A stretch of 64,000 bases of DNA from contig NW_024704742.1 of the NCBI RefSeq assembly GCF_018977255.1, positions 7,070,001-7,134,000 on the forward strand, read 5' to 3'. Below, in pieces: positions 48,775-61,316 of the stretch. Under the pieces are notes generated by a model. The model saw nothing but the letters and a program-made list of their open reading frames with translations. It made no database searches and was not told the DNA's origin. The stretch's first letter is position 1, and each line of letters opens with the position of its first letter. Position numbers and translations under genes: made by a program. Origin of the DNA: Callorhinchus milii. Lineage: Eukaryota.

Positions 48775-49311
48775 TAACACCGGGAGGACATCTCAAAGTG
48801 CTTACACGCGATTTACTGTAAATAAAAATAATCCTTGCGCCTTTTTACGTCTTCCAGGTGTCTCAAAGCACTTCACAGAATACACTGTAAAGTGAATTGA
48901 CTGCATATTTTGTGGGCGAAACGGTAGTGAAACCCTTTACTACTGAAACGGTAGTAAAGACCCTTTACTACTGAAACGGTAGTAAAGGGTAGTGACTGTG
49001 TTTTGTAGGCAAATTTGACAGCCAATTTGACAGAGTAATGTCTCACAAAATGAAACAAGTGACCAATTTTATTTGGGGTGTTGTTGGCCAGGACAGTGAG
49101 AGAAACTCCTTTCTCTTTTTGAATAGCGCGGTGGGATCTTTAAAATCCAATTGAACAGGAGCTCGGCTTATCATCTCAGGCAAAGGACTGCACTTCCAAA
49201 AATGCACTGCGATTCTTTAAATGTCAGCGCAGTCTACAGCTCAAAGTCCTGATGTGAAGCTTGAACCCACAACCTTCTGACTCAGACACAAGAGTGCTAT
49301 CAACTGAGCCA
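48775..49311 (-). mobile_element. SINE-B interrupted by a SINE-A tail (48823-48923) and hairpin filler (48918-48990)
   Basis: SINE-B breaks at 'gatttactgtaaa' and resumes at 'gtaaagggtagtgactgtg'; head at 49255-49311. Confidence 0.85.
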
Positions 49312-49877
49312 ATGGTTTAAGCTGCATGATGTTTTAATTGTTTTAATTAGCTATACAAGTTTTGTCATGCGTGTCAAGTTTTGTGCACCATGGCTATCTT
49401 CCAGACATCTTTTATTACCGATTGCTAGACATCAGTGGAACACTGTGTTAATGTGTGTTTGCTGTGGAGAGTCTTTCATTCAATGCAGAGATGATAGACA
49501 ACAGTTAATTTGGCACATTCGAGGATGGCTGCCTAAAGAATAATAGTTTCAGGACTTATGCACTTTATCTAAAAGCCTGTATAATGAAGTTCATTGTATT
49601 CATATCATTGCTTTTTGTAAAATCCGTGGCTGCTTCTCTTTTAACAATAATTCATCTGAATGCATTATTACTATAATTATAATACACCCAAACAAAATCA
49701 CTTATGTATTAAGGTTAGTGATTTTTATTTTTTTTAAAGAAATAAACCATTCTCCAAAATACACTTTACCATAAATCTTGTCCAGCGCTTTGGGACGTCC
49801 TCCCGATGTGAAAAGCGCTCTATAAATGTAATTTTGTTGTTGCTGTTGTGAACCACTTGAGATGTAAAAGATGCTCT

Positions 49878-50225
49878 ATTCCTTGCATTTGATAAGCGCC
49901 TTATCACGTCTTCGTGACGTCTCAAAGTGCTTCACAGAATACACTGTGAAGTGAATTGGCTGTGTATTTTGTGGGTGAAATACAGCAGCCAAATTGCACA
50001 CAACAGCGTCCCACAAACAGTCGTGGACTGAAGTGACCAATTTATTATTTTTTTTGAAAGAATTATTACCCCCGGAAAAGCGATCCGCCGATCGATTAAC
50101 AACCAGGTTCCTACTTACTGCTAGGTGAACAGAGGCGTGTGGAGTAAGGAAACTTGCCCAACATTTCGCCCTGCCGGGAATCGAACCCAGGTCACTCGCT
50201 TGCGAGGCGAGTGCTCTAACCACTG
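49878..50225 (-). mobile_element. SINE-A, near full length
   Basis: Close match to the other full copies; many CpGs retained, suggesting a young copy. Confidence 0.93.
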
Positions 50226-51984
50226 TTTATCATTCTATATCATTATGCAGGGATTTTTTCCCTCCAAAATTACACCCATTTTGCAGAAAGCTTTTGCCCT
50301 CACTCCAGGTTCTCATCCTGAAGGTGACTCTAGTTATTTTTTCTGTCATTGCAACAATATTGTCTACCCACTCGCCTTGTCAAGGAGAGAACTGAGCCAG
50401 GTGAGAGAGACAGTCACCACTTATCATCAGTGATACAATAAAGTGCAATGGCATGCAAGTGAAAACATGTACTTTAACAACAGGGGTAAAGGTTACAGGC
50501 AGAATCCTACTGCTATTTTTTTTACACTGTATCCTATTTTGAAGCATTAACCCAGCTCTACAAAAAAAAGTAAATTAAAATATTTCTGTGTTTGAAAATG
50601 AGTCAGACAACTCACCCGGGCAATTTTATTAATATAGTAATAATAATAATCCTTGCATTTGATATGGCGCCTTATCACCTCATTGGGATATCTCAAAGCG
50701 CTTTACAGAATATACTGTAAAGTGGAGTGACTGTATATTTTGTGGGCAAAACAAGCTCTTTGAGACGTCCCTTTAATGACCTTTCGCACTGCAGCTGGCT
50801 AATTCAAAGGGTTAGCATTCGGTCTTCACCTCTGGGGCCCAGGGAGCAGAAGTAGCACTGCTCTTTGGTCAAATGTGGCCAATTATTAACAGATCCTGTT
50901 TAATACAGGATCTTAACTCAGTGAATTGTTACAGGGGAAAAGTGCTAGCTGTGGGTCAATGATCAAAATCTCCTCTGTGGCATAAGTACTGACACTTGCA
51001 TCTCTTACTAAATCTTTTTGCCTAGGGATGTGCAGGCTTGGCTTTGAAGTTGAGCCATATTTGCAAAAAAAAGCATTCTCAGCTTCCTACATCTGGTCAT
51101 TAGGCTGCCTGGGAAAAAAAAACAGGCCTCCCACATCATTACATGCGGACCTGTGTCAATGGCCTATCAAAATGTTTACACGCATAAGAGGTTCATGATG
51201 GAAGAGTGCACCATTACATCAAATGACACAAACAGGCAAGTCCAGGTTAGTGAGGGTCAAATGAAGCAAGCTGTTATTGACACACAACCCATTCAGTGAC
51301 CTCAAGGTTGTACCTACTCTGAAAGCCAAACAAAACAAAGGGATGGATGGTTCAGTCGATTTTACGCTTTTCGTGAAACGTACAAATGCACACTCGTTGC
51401 AATAGCCGATTATAAAACTTTGCGTATTTTTGAGGTTGGAAAAGTAATAACAATAATAATCCTTGCATTTGATATAGCACTTGATCACATCTTCGAGACC
51501 TCTCAAAGCGCTTCACAGGATATACTGTAAAGTAAATTGACTATATTTTGTGAGCGAAACGCGGCAGCTAATTGTGATGGTTTGCTGCGGGATTCACTGT
51601 GACAACTCAAATTCCCTTAATAGGGAACCCTACGAGATTGATGAAAGAACAAAGTGTTTTCTAGGAGAAATGTAAACATGTGGCACATTAAAGCAGTCCA
51701 TTTGGGGGCTGTAAAAATATATTTCCATTTCCGGGATTGCTGAAGGGGTATTCTGCAATAATGTTGAAAAAAAGCACTTGTCATCCCTTTTTACCTGTGC
51801 GCTTCAAAACATTGCTGCCTGCTGTGATTTACTTAGATTAAGTCAGATGGAAATTTTCCTATGGTAGTAAAGTGCTAGATCGATGTAGAACTTTGAGCAC
51901 ATATGAATGTTAGCAAAGGTTACTGAACTCATCAAGCACACTGGCTTTGAAGCTTTGTTGTAAGGAAACCTTTAAAATTGGTAA

Positions 51985-52328
51985 TAGTAATAAATAATAA
52001 TAAAAATGATCCTTACATTTGATCTAGTGCCTTTGCATAAAGGGGACTTCTCAAAGAACTTCAAGGGATTTACTGTAAAGGAAGTTGATTGTGCAATTTG
52101 TAGGTGAACACGGCAGCCAATTTGTAATGTCCCACAAATTGTCATGAAGTGAGTAATCGTTTACATCCAACTGAGTGGGTAGATTTGATCTCAATTTAGC
52201 ATCTCATCTGAAGTACGGCACCTCCAACAATGCAACGCACCCCAGCACTGAACTGAAGTGTCAGCCTGGATGTGAGTTCATATGTCTTACAAAGAGGCGA
52301 ACGCTACCAAATGAGCCAGGCCGACACA
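51985..52328 (-). mobile_element. SINE-B, diverged
   Basis: Tail, partial Deu domain, head 'gctaccaaatgagccaggccgacaca'. Confidence 0.75.
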
Positions 52329-52399
52329 GGTACGATTAGAAAGCAGCAATATTCAAAAATGTGGGCATGAGTTAGCCTCAGACAAATCACTTCAGGTTA

Positions 52400-53088
52400 A
52401 CAACAACCACAGCAACAACAACTTGCATTTATATACGCCCCTCACACAGGGTAGCGTCCCAGAGCGCTTGACAGTGGTGGAGCACGATGCCAAGCCGGAG
52501 GGAGGGAGCCAAAGGCACAATCAAAGAGGAAGGTCTTCAGGTGTGATCTGAAGATGGGGAAGGAAGGAACGAGGCAGAGGGATAGAGGAAAAGTGTTCCA
52601 AGAGTTTTGGGGCATAGTGGCTGAAAGCGTGGTCACCGAGGGTGGAATGGAGGCTATGAGGGACATGCAGAAGGCCAGAGCCAGTCAAGCGGATATTGGG
52701 TTGGGGAGTAAGCAGGTCTGAGAGTTAAGGAGGTGCCATGGCATGAAGGGATTTGAAAACAAGTGTGAGGACCTTTTAATTGATCCGTTTGGTGATAGGG
52801 AGCTAGTGGAGCCTGGCTAGGACTGGTGTGATGGGGGCACAGCATTTAATACAGGTGAGTATGCAGGTGACAGAGTTTTGGATCAGCTGGATTTTGTGGA
52901 TGGTGGATCTGGGGGGATCGGCAAATAGGGCATTTGAATAATCAAGTTGGGAGGTGACGAACACATGGACGAGTGTTTCAGCTGCATCTGCAGTACAGTA
53001 CAGTTGGAGACGGGCAATATGGCAGAGATGGAGGAAGGCAGTCCTGGTCAGGGACCGGATGTGGGGAAGGAAGATCAACTATGGTTCA
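52400..53088 (-). mobile_element. L2 LINE 3' fragment
   Basis: FLPHIRSLTRTAFLHL..AETLVHVFVTSQLDYSN..IQLIQN; RSHLKTFLFDCAF; tail. Confidence 0.92.
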
Positions 53089-53099
53089 AAATCCAATTA

Positions 53100-53515
53100 G
53101 TCCTTCCCAGGCTCCCTATTACTGAACGGATCGATCTCAAGATCCTCTCACTCATGTTCAAATCATTTCATGCCCTCACACCTCCCTACCTATCCGACCT
53201 ACCCCATCTACCACCTGCTGCCTCCGCTCAGCTGCTCTGACCACCTGTTTGTCCCTCGTGCCCTCCTTTTCACCATCGGTGGCCGTGCCCTCAGCCACTA
53301 CTCCCGAAACTCTTGAACTCTCTCCCTCAGTCCCTCTGTCTTGTCCCTCCCTCCCCACCTTCAAATCCCACCTAACAACCTTCTTTTTTGATCATATCTA
53401 CGGTCACCTCACCGTCCCTCTACCCCTGACTCGTTGTCAGACTCCGCCACTGTGAAGCGATCCAGGACACTGCCCCGCGTGAAGGGCACTATATAAATGT
53501 AAGTTGTTGTTGTTT
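53100..53515 (+). mobile_element. L2 LINE 3' fragment
   Basis: LPITERIDLKILSLMFKSFHALTPPYLSDL; tail 'gtgaagggcactatataaatgtaagttgttgttg'. Confidence 0.9.
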
Positions 53516-54350
53516 GACGTAGTGGAGGAGGATGCAGCCAAGTGGATGCTTTCAATCTTAGACACACGGAAGTCTCGGACCTTCTCGCCCTTGGCATTTG
53601 ATGTGAGAATAGAGGCAGCTTAGGGGGATATGCAGAGGAGCTGATGGATGGTGGAGAACAGTGCCTTTGGGTTCTTTTAGGCCTCCAGAATAGTTCTGGA
53701 GTAAAAGGCAGTTTAGGCTTGCAAGAGAGACAAGGGCGATAGTTGCGGAGATGCTCGAGCCGCAGCTGGTGGTGGATTGTAATGCTGGATTTGTGCCATC
53801 TGTGCTCGAGCATCTGGGTTTGCCTTTTGAGGGAGCAGAGGTGAGGGTAGATTTGGAGACAACCCTGGATTTCAAGGGGGCAAGGGAGTTGAGGGTTGCA
53901 GGGAAGTAGCTTGATGGCCTACATCAGGATCACTGCGGGTGGAAGGCCAGAGGGAGAAGAGGTCCGAGGAAGAGAGAGCGTTTGTGAAGGATTCAGGGAG
54001 AAGCATTTGCAAGGGCAGCAACAGATAGTGGAGGGTTTGGAAGAGCGGAGGAGGATGCAGGAGAGCGAGATGTGGAAATAGTCGGAGATGACCTCGCTTG
54101 TGATGGACCGATCGGAGATGTCAAAGCCGTGAGTGATAACAAGGTTGAGGGGATGGCTACAGTCGTGGATCGGGAGCTTATGTGGAGATTGAGGTTTAGT
54201 ATGGAGAGGAGGGCGGTGAAGTCAGAGGAGATGGGGCAGGAGGAGTTTAGGTAAAGGTTGGAATTATTCATTGTGATCCGGTGTTCAGTGCAGAAGCAGA
54301 GGGATGAGAGGAGGCAACGTCAGGGATGAATGAACCAGGCGGTTCAGGAG
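53516..54350 (-). mobile_element. L2 LINE endonuclease and linker fragment
   Basis: NSNLYLNSSCPISSDFTALLSILNL..; pyrimidine-rich sense strand typical of these L2s; downstream portion resembles 13375-13500. Confidence 0.75.
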
Positions 54351-55675
54351 TACAATAAATGAGGAGAATTTTGAAGGAAAGAGTGAGATGGTACAGGCTT
54401 AAGTGTCCAAAGGATAGGTAATAGCTAAGGTCGGTGCATCAAGAAAAAACTAAAAGATTCAGGCAGAAGGATGTACCTGTTTGAGTTTAATGGTATTTCA
54501 GCATTGCTACATTCCACAAGAACATTTTCTTGACATCCTATTAGGGTGAAGCATTGAGCATCATCTTTTCACCATTTGTGGACAGTTGAAAAGCATGTTA
54601 CTTCCCCCTCGCTATGATGATTCACTTCCTTAATAGCTTGTATGAATTTCTCCACCGTGTCACTTCGATATGTTCAGTACAAAATCTTTAACAAGAGTAA
54701 ATTTGGCAAGTGCACAGCTCAAAGATCAAGTTAAATTGTTGTAATTTTTCTGTCCTTGCTATGCTTCAAATGGTAATCTTTTTGCCATTTCTGGCAACTC
54801 TTGTTTCCTTTGAATTGGAATATCCTCCTGTGTAGCTTCACACGTTGTGTCACACATTTTTCATTGTCAGGCTTATTTCTATTGAATGTCCTAAGTGTTT
54901 TCTTTCTTTGGTCACTATCAGGTTCAGCTATATTAACACGGCTTTGTTCCTTCCGAGCATATTCTGTGGCATGTGCTGTTCACGGAATAGGAAACAAACA
55001 AACAATCAAGTCTCCTTTCTCTCTCTGTTTCTCCCTCGATCTGTCTTCCCTCTCTACTTCGGAGCCTTAAATCATTTTGAGACTGCTCACGCCTTGACAA
55101 AGGTCTTTGATCATAACTGACAATACATTGAGATTCAGATTGAGGTTGAAAGGACTCTTTCATTTTGAAGTGTGAATGAATTTGGCCATTGTCTTTGGGG
55201 CAATGTCCTTGACTATGTTAACGTTCAACACATTTCCACCCAAGTGTGAACTTCTAGAAGACAATGTTCTTTCATCTAGCTTCCAGATGTCACAGAGCCC
55301 CTGCTGTTGACAGCTAGACTGCTAATAAGAATACTATTAATCCTTGTTTTTCATATTGTACCCTATCACATCGTTGAGAAATCTCAAAGCGCTTCACAGG
55401 ATACACTATAAAGTGGATTGACTCTATATTTTGTGGGCGAAACGTGGGCAGCCAGTTTGCGCACAGCAATGTCCCATAAATACTCATAGAGTAAGTGACC
55501 AATTTTTTGGGGGGATTGTTGGCCAGAACACATCGCTTTCAATTTTAAAAATTCCCAAATTCGGATAGAAACTCAGACGAAGACAGCCGAACAGTAAAAG
55601 TAACTTGATACTGATCTGATAATCACTTTACAAATACAGAGTGAAGTTTCACCAGGAGAAGCCTGTCATGTAATC

Positions 55676-56628
55676 ATTCGCGAGCAAGAGGACCTGAGTT
55701 TGATTCCCGAGCAGGGTGAAACTTTAGGCATGTTTGCTTACTCCACAGGCCTCTGTTTACCCAGCAGTAAGTAGGAACCCCGTTGTTAGTCGATTGATGG
55801 ATCTCTTTTCCGGGGGTAATAATCCGTTCAAAAAGTAAATAATGTAGTCACATGATTGTCTATGGGCAATTGGCTACCGCATTTCGCCCACACACTACAG
55901 TCAATTCACCTTACAGTATATTCTGTGAAGCGCTTTGAGACGTCTCGAAGACGTGATAAGGCGCTCAGGGGTGAGAGCACTCGCCTTGCAAGCGAGACAC
56001 CTGGGTTCAATTCCAGGCAGGGCGAAACCTTGGGCAAGTTTCCTTACTCCACACGCCTAATACTAATCCCTCCAAAACCAAAAACAATAATAAAAAATTG
56101 GTCATTTTCAATCTACGACTGTTTGTGGGACATTGCTGTGCGCAATTGGCTGCCGCTTTCGCCCACAAATATACAGTCAATTCACTTTACAGTGTGTTCT
56201 GTGAAGCGCTTTGGGACGTCCTCCCGACTTGAAAAGCGCTATATCAAATGCAAGGATTATTATTATTATTATTTATTATTCTGTGAAGCGCATTGAGAAT
56301 CTCGAAGACGTGATAAGGCGCTCAGGGGTTAGAGCACTCGCCTTGCAAGCGAGACACCTGGGTTCAATTCCAGGCAGGGCGAAACCTTGGGCAAGTTTCC
56401 TTACTCCACACGCCTGATAATAATCCCTCCAAAAATTTTTTAAAAAATAATAAATTGGTCATTTTCAATCCACGACTGTTTGTGGGGCACTGCTGTGCAC
56501 AATTGGCTGTCGTGTTTCGCCCACAAATGTACAGTCAATTCACTTTACAGCATATTCTGTGAAGCGCTTTGAGACGTCTAGAAGACGTAAAAAGCGCTAT
56601 ATCAAATCCAAGGATTATTATTATTATT
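55676..56628 (+). mobile_element. Tandem array of three SINE-A units (one long, two short-subfamily)
   Basis: Junction 'gtgataaggcgctcagggg(t)..gagcactcgccttgcaagcgagacacctgggttcaattccaggc' occurs at ~55953 and ~56310. Confidence 0.92.
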
Positions 56629-56639
56629 AACTCAGAACA

Positions 56640-56919
56640 ATTCTTTAGGATGTGCTGAGACAGTAGAACAAGAAGGCAAGAATTTAGGGTTGCAAAGAAC
56701 AATTTCAGGACAAGCACTAGGAAGTATTTCTTTACCCAGAGAGCAATGGATAACTTAAAAGGTTGCCAGGAAGGGTGATTGAGGCCAGGATATTTAATTC
56801 AGCTTAAAAAAAAGCTTGATGCTGTGACGGGGAATGGTTGAATGGGTACTCTGGAAGGAAGAGATCAAATAGGCCGAAGTGCCTTCATCTTCCGAACCAA
56901 TCTTGTGATCTTGTGATCC
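56640..56919 (+). mobile_element. CR1 LINE 3' end
   Basis: SRTRRQEFRV..RKYFFTQRAMD..LP; tail 'cttgtgatcttgtgatc'. Confidence 0.85.
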
Positions 56920-57139
56920 CATCTTAGTTGCTACATTCCTCAAACAGATGTACTTGTTAAATTTTATCTCATGGCCATCACAGATAAGTTCACAAAGCTC
57001 AGTCGTGGTTTGCCTTAAGGAGCCTCAAAGTTTTGGCCATTGGGTAGATCCAAATAACATGCACTCTGAGAGAGGTAACATCTCTTGCTTTCACTTTTTG
57101 TTCCATGTAACTTGTCTGCTTGGAGCCTTTGGCAGATGC

Positions 57140-57185
57140 GTGAGTGGGTGGGTGAGTGAGTGGGTGGGTGGGTGGGTGGGTGGGT
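57140..57185 (+). repeat. (GGGT/GAGT)n microsatellite
   Basis: Six consecutive GGGT units at 57162-57185. Confidence 0.9.
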
Positions 57186-57369
57186 CAGCCTCCCTCCTTC
57201 CCTCCTTTCCTCCCATACCCTCTAATTCCTTTCTCCCTCATTTGATTATGAGCCCTTGCCCCCACCGCCAGCTCCCACCCCCAGCTTGGGTGCAAACCCT
57301 GGACTGTACAGCACGTTGGAACATCCTCCCGACATGAATGGTGTTATATAAACGCAAATTTGTTATTGT

Positions 57370-57720
57370 ATATCTAGCATTCTCTTAAATACATCAATAC
57401 AATCTGATTCAACCACCACTACAGACAGCGAGTTCCAAATTCTCACTACCCTCTGTGTGAAGTAGTTCTTCCTAAATTCTCTCTTAGATCCCCTCATTGC
57501 CATCTTTATACTCGTGAACCCTAGAAACGTGCTATTTATGTTACCTTATTGAACCCTTTTATAATTTTAAATACCTATATTAGGTCTCATCTTAAACTTC
57601 TCTTCTCTAGCAAAAAGGAAGGCAAGACATAGCCAGTCTATGCTGATAGCAGTAGCCTGTTACCCCTAGGCTCATCCTAGTAAACCTACGCTGTACTCTT
57701 TCCAACACCGCTATATCTTT
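57370..57720 (-). mobile_element. CR1 ORF2 C-terminal fragment
   Basis: rc of 'gagttccaaattctcactaccctctgtgtgaagtagttcttcct' = RKNYFTQRVVRIWNS; rc of 'ttttaaatacctatattaggtctc' = DLI*VFK. Confidence 0.85.
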
Positions 57721-58134
57721 CTTAGTCTTTAGCTAAGCTACAGCTTCCAGCAGATGACACCAGCCAACTGGACAACACATGAGTATCTGATATTATAGAA
57801 TTAGTGGATAGCTTTGAACTTCCCTGTGTCTAATTATCAGTCAGGAATAAGAAGGTCACTCATGTCATTCACTGTCAAACATGCAGCCTATATCAGCCTT
57901 GATGACCTGGAGTAGAGCCCCAATCCTGGAAGAGATGGTGTCAGGAGCAGTGTGATGTTCACCCAGCACAGTATGAAGTCGCCAGGTGCATATCATGCTG
58001 GTCTGACTCCTCTGATCCACCCAGGAACCTTCATCTGTTGCCTCCCCCCACCCAGAAACTATCAATGAGAATCTCTTCAATAACATAGAAAAATCTAAAT
58101 CCTGACACTGAAGTTCTATTTATGAGCTGAGGCG

Positions 58135-58375
58135 CTCTAGGCGGGTTAGCTTCAGCCTCTTTGTCCCCGATCTCTGGAACTCTGCTCCCAAATCCCTCAG
58201 ACCGCTCTCCCTCCCCCCCACCCCGTCTCTATTTTCAAAGCTCATCTAGAAGCTTCTTTCTTTAACTGTGTGACCCTCCTACCTTCCCCGCCCAGCTCAG
58301 GCTCCCATTCTATCCCCGTAAAGCACTTTGAGACATTCTCCATTGTAAAAGGCACGATGCGAGTGTAAAACGTTG
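58135..58375 (+). mobile_element. Old L2 3' fragment
   Basis: 'ttcagcctctttgtccccgatctctggaactct...aagcactttgagacattctccattgtaaaaggc'. Confidence 0.75.
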
Positions 58376-60962
58376 TAAATATCGAACTTCCCGCTCCACA
58401 ACACTTTACAACCAGGAGCAAAGACTGTAAGAAACTGGCAAGTGCAGAAAGCACCAGACTCAGAGGGTTGAAGAGCTCCGGGATGCTACCTCGCGTAAAG
58501 GCCGCTGTATAAATACAAGTTATTTTTACTTTGAAAGAAATCAGGGTAGAGGAGATGGAGCTTGGGGATGGAGGGGGTAGAGCGAGAATACAAGAACCAT
58601 AGCTGATGCACTCCAAGCTTATAAACAAGGTCAAAAGCACAACCCTAGAAATTATAGGCTTGTAGTTTTGGGCATCTATGACTAGAGAAAAAATACTCTA
58701 GTTGATTATAAAGAAAGCACTTTGAGAGTAATTAACAAGAGTAAAGGCAATAAAACCAAGCAAAACACAGCTCATTAATGGTAGGATGTAGTCATCGAAG
58801 TGATTAGAATTCTTTGAGGACTGTAACAGAAATAAATGATGTGGGACTTGGTAATAAGTTAATTGCAGTCTCTGCAGTGTCCGAACATGGACAATACAAA
58901 ATTATATCTGTATAACGCCTTTCATGTTGTGAGGACGGCCCAAGGCACTGATCTCTGTTTCTCCCTTCTTGTGTTCTATATTAATATATATATGGGGTGG
59001 GATAGGTAGCATTTGCGGGAAGAAATGTTACCTTTTCCTATTGATGTAGCATTTTAGAAAATCCCAACCTTGGCAAATTCTACAGGGTGACCAAAAACTT
59101 GTGATTACCCTTACAATGTCTAATTTTTTTTAGAAATAGGGTAGCTAAAACATAAATAAAGTCTTTTCTGACCACTCTGTACAATCTAAATTATGAAGCC
59201 ACTTTGTCTCTATGTTTCTTTAAGAAACTACCACAAAAAGCTTCAAATTTCAGACCAAATTCAATTTCTGTACGCTCTAAAATGCTACATGAATAGAGTC
59301 GATCAATACAGAATGCAATACTGTGTGGAACTGTTCCACCTCAAACCCATAATTATCACCAATGATAAACCCATTGTCAAAACTGTGATCCAAACCTATC
59401 TTTACTGTTGACAGGTTTGGAGTGAACACTCCCTCCTCTGGCTTTGTTACAATTGTTTAGTCAATCAAACAACCCCCAGAATTAAGCTGCTATCGCCACT
59501 CACTGTTGGTTTAATGTTCCATTTAACGTGGCATTGGACTGAGGTTAGCGGGAATACTAGAACTGTGGAACATTTAATTTGAATGGTTCTCCTGGCCATC
59601 TAGGGTGTAATATATAATCCTTGCATTTGATATAGCGCTTTTCACGTCTTCTAGACGTCTCAAAGCGCTTCACAGAATAGACTGTAAAGTGAATTGACTG
59701 TATATTTGTGGGCGAAATTTGTGTGTCCCTCCCTTCCCCTCTGAGACCTTCCCAGCTGGTACGGTAGAGTTCTTCACAGGAAGGCATTCACTCATGAAGC
59801 CGTTCATAATAAAAAGGTGTAATTGCAAATGATGCGACTCATTCAGATTCACTCTGGACAGAACTGAAAAGAGCAGTCAATTGTTTTGTGAGCCTTATTA
59901 TACAGCTGAGCAGAGTGGAGTTAATGTTAGTGGACGCACAGGTTGGTGTTTGGTGGCTTAGTGCCAGGTAAAGTTAAGAGCCATGCACAATGAACACATT
60001 ATATGCACCCAGCAATTTCTCCATTATTTTGATAACTTAATGAGCCGTGATGTTTTAATACAAGTCATTGGGGAGGGAAAGTGGTTCCTTTGAAAATTGG
60101 AACACTATTTTTCCCTGTTTGCCCTGTTGTAAACTCTTCGGGTGCTCAAAGGCCTGTGTTTGTCTTGTCCTTTGTTTGCTTATGTTATTGTGCATTTAAT
60201 GCTCATTGCACTTGGCTGCCGCTCCTGGTAAAACACTAAGCATCGTGATAACTAAAGTCTGCGTCACCACAACAGCAACAACAACAAAGTACTGAACAAC
60301 TACATTTATACCCAGAAAATTGCCACTCATCGACTAAAGCTATTTGCAGATGTTTATCGGCGAGTAATTATTTGAACAAGTAAATATAATGTTGATTGAG
60401 TTCATTGCAATAATTATTCATTAATAATAATTATTATTGTGATGTTAAAGAATTATTTGATTTAGAATGTCTCTCTGATAATGATACAAAGCTTACAGCA
60501 AAGTGGAGGAAATTCAATTGGTGAACTATTTAATTAGAAACATTGTAAAATAAAATTCTGTTCCATATTTTCTTCTACATTTTGGAAGGTTAGTTAATAA
60601 TAATAATAATAATCCTTGCAGTTGATATAGCCTTTATTACGTCTTCGCAGTTTGGTAAGGGGTGAGGCAAGTTGTTGGGATTTACTAGAGGTTGACCAAC
60701 TGAAACGATTGCAAGCACTGTCTGGTAAGTTCTCTGCTGCTTGTCCATGTAGGATCACTTATCCACACTTGCTGGTTTCGCCCACAAGAATGGCGCTGGT
60801 GTGTTGACTCAATTCCATTGATTCCGTTGCCAGTCGTGTCACCTTGGAGGCAGATTAGTTCCAAAAAGTTCCTGCTTACCTCCCGACCTTTTCCTCCTTC
60901 ATGCTGTTTTTTCTTTCTCATTACACTTCATAGAAACCTGCACTGAAGTTTCTTCCTCAATG

Positions 60963-61316
60963 ATGCCAGCCCAGCTCGTTGGTAGCACTCTCGCCTCTGA
61001 ATCAGAGGGTTGTGGATTCAAGCCAAGTCAGGACAGCGTTGGAGAAGCACTGCGCTATTGGATGAGACGTTAAGCTGAGGTCCTTTCTGTCTGTTCAGGT
61101 GAAAGTCAAAGATCCCACTACACTGTACGAGAAGAGAAGAGAGTTTCTCCCAGTGTCCTAGCCATCAGTCTCCCAGATAAAATTGGTCACTCACTTCAAG
61201 GCTGTTTGTGGGACATTGCTGTGCGCACATTGGCTGCTGCGTTCATCTGCAATTACACAATCACAGCATTTCACAGTAAAATTCTGATAACGTGCTATAG
61301 GGATTATTATTATTAT
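60963..61316 (+). mobile_element. SINE-B
   Basis: Head 'ttggtagcactctcgcctctgaatcagagggttgtggattcaagcc', Deu domain, tail. Confidence 0.85.

Noticed and set aside
48918..48990. CRISPR-like repeat array or rho-independent terminator
   Set aside because: No unique spacers, vertebrate context, and the sequence derives from the flanking SINEs.
50795..50915. LF-SINE-like head and a 9-bp hairpin (50891-50913)
   Set aside because: Similarity is limited to 'ttcacctctgggg'; the hairpin is short enough to arise by chance.
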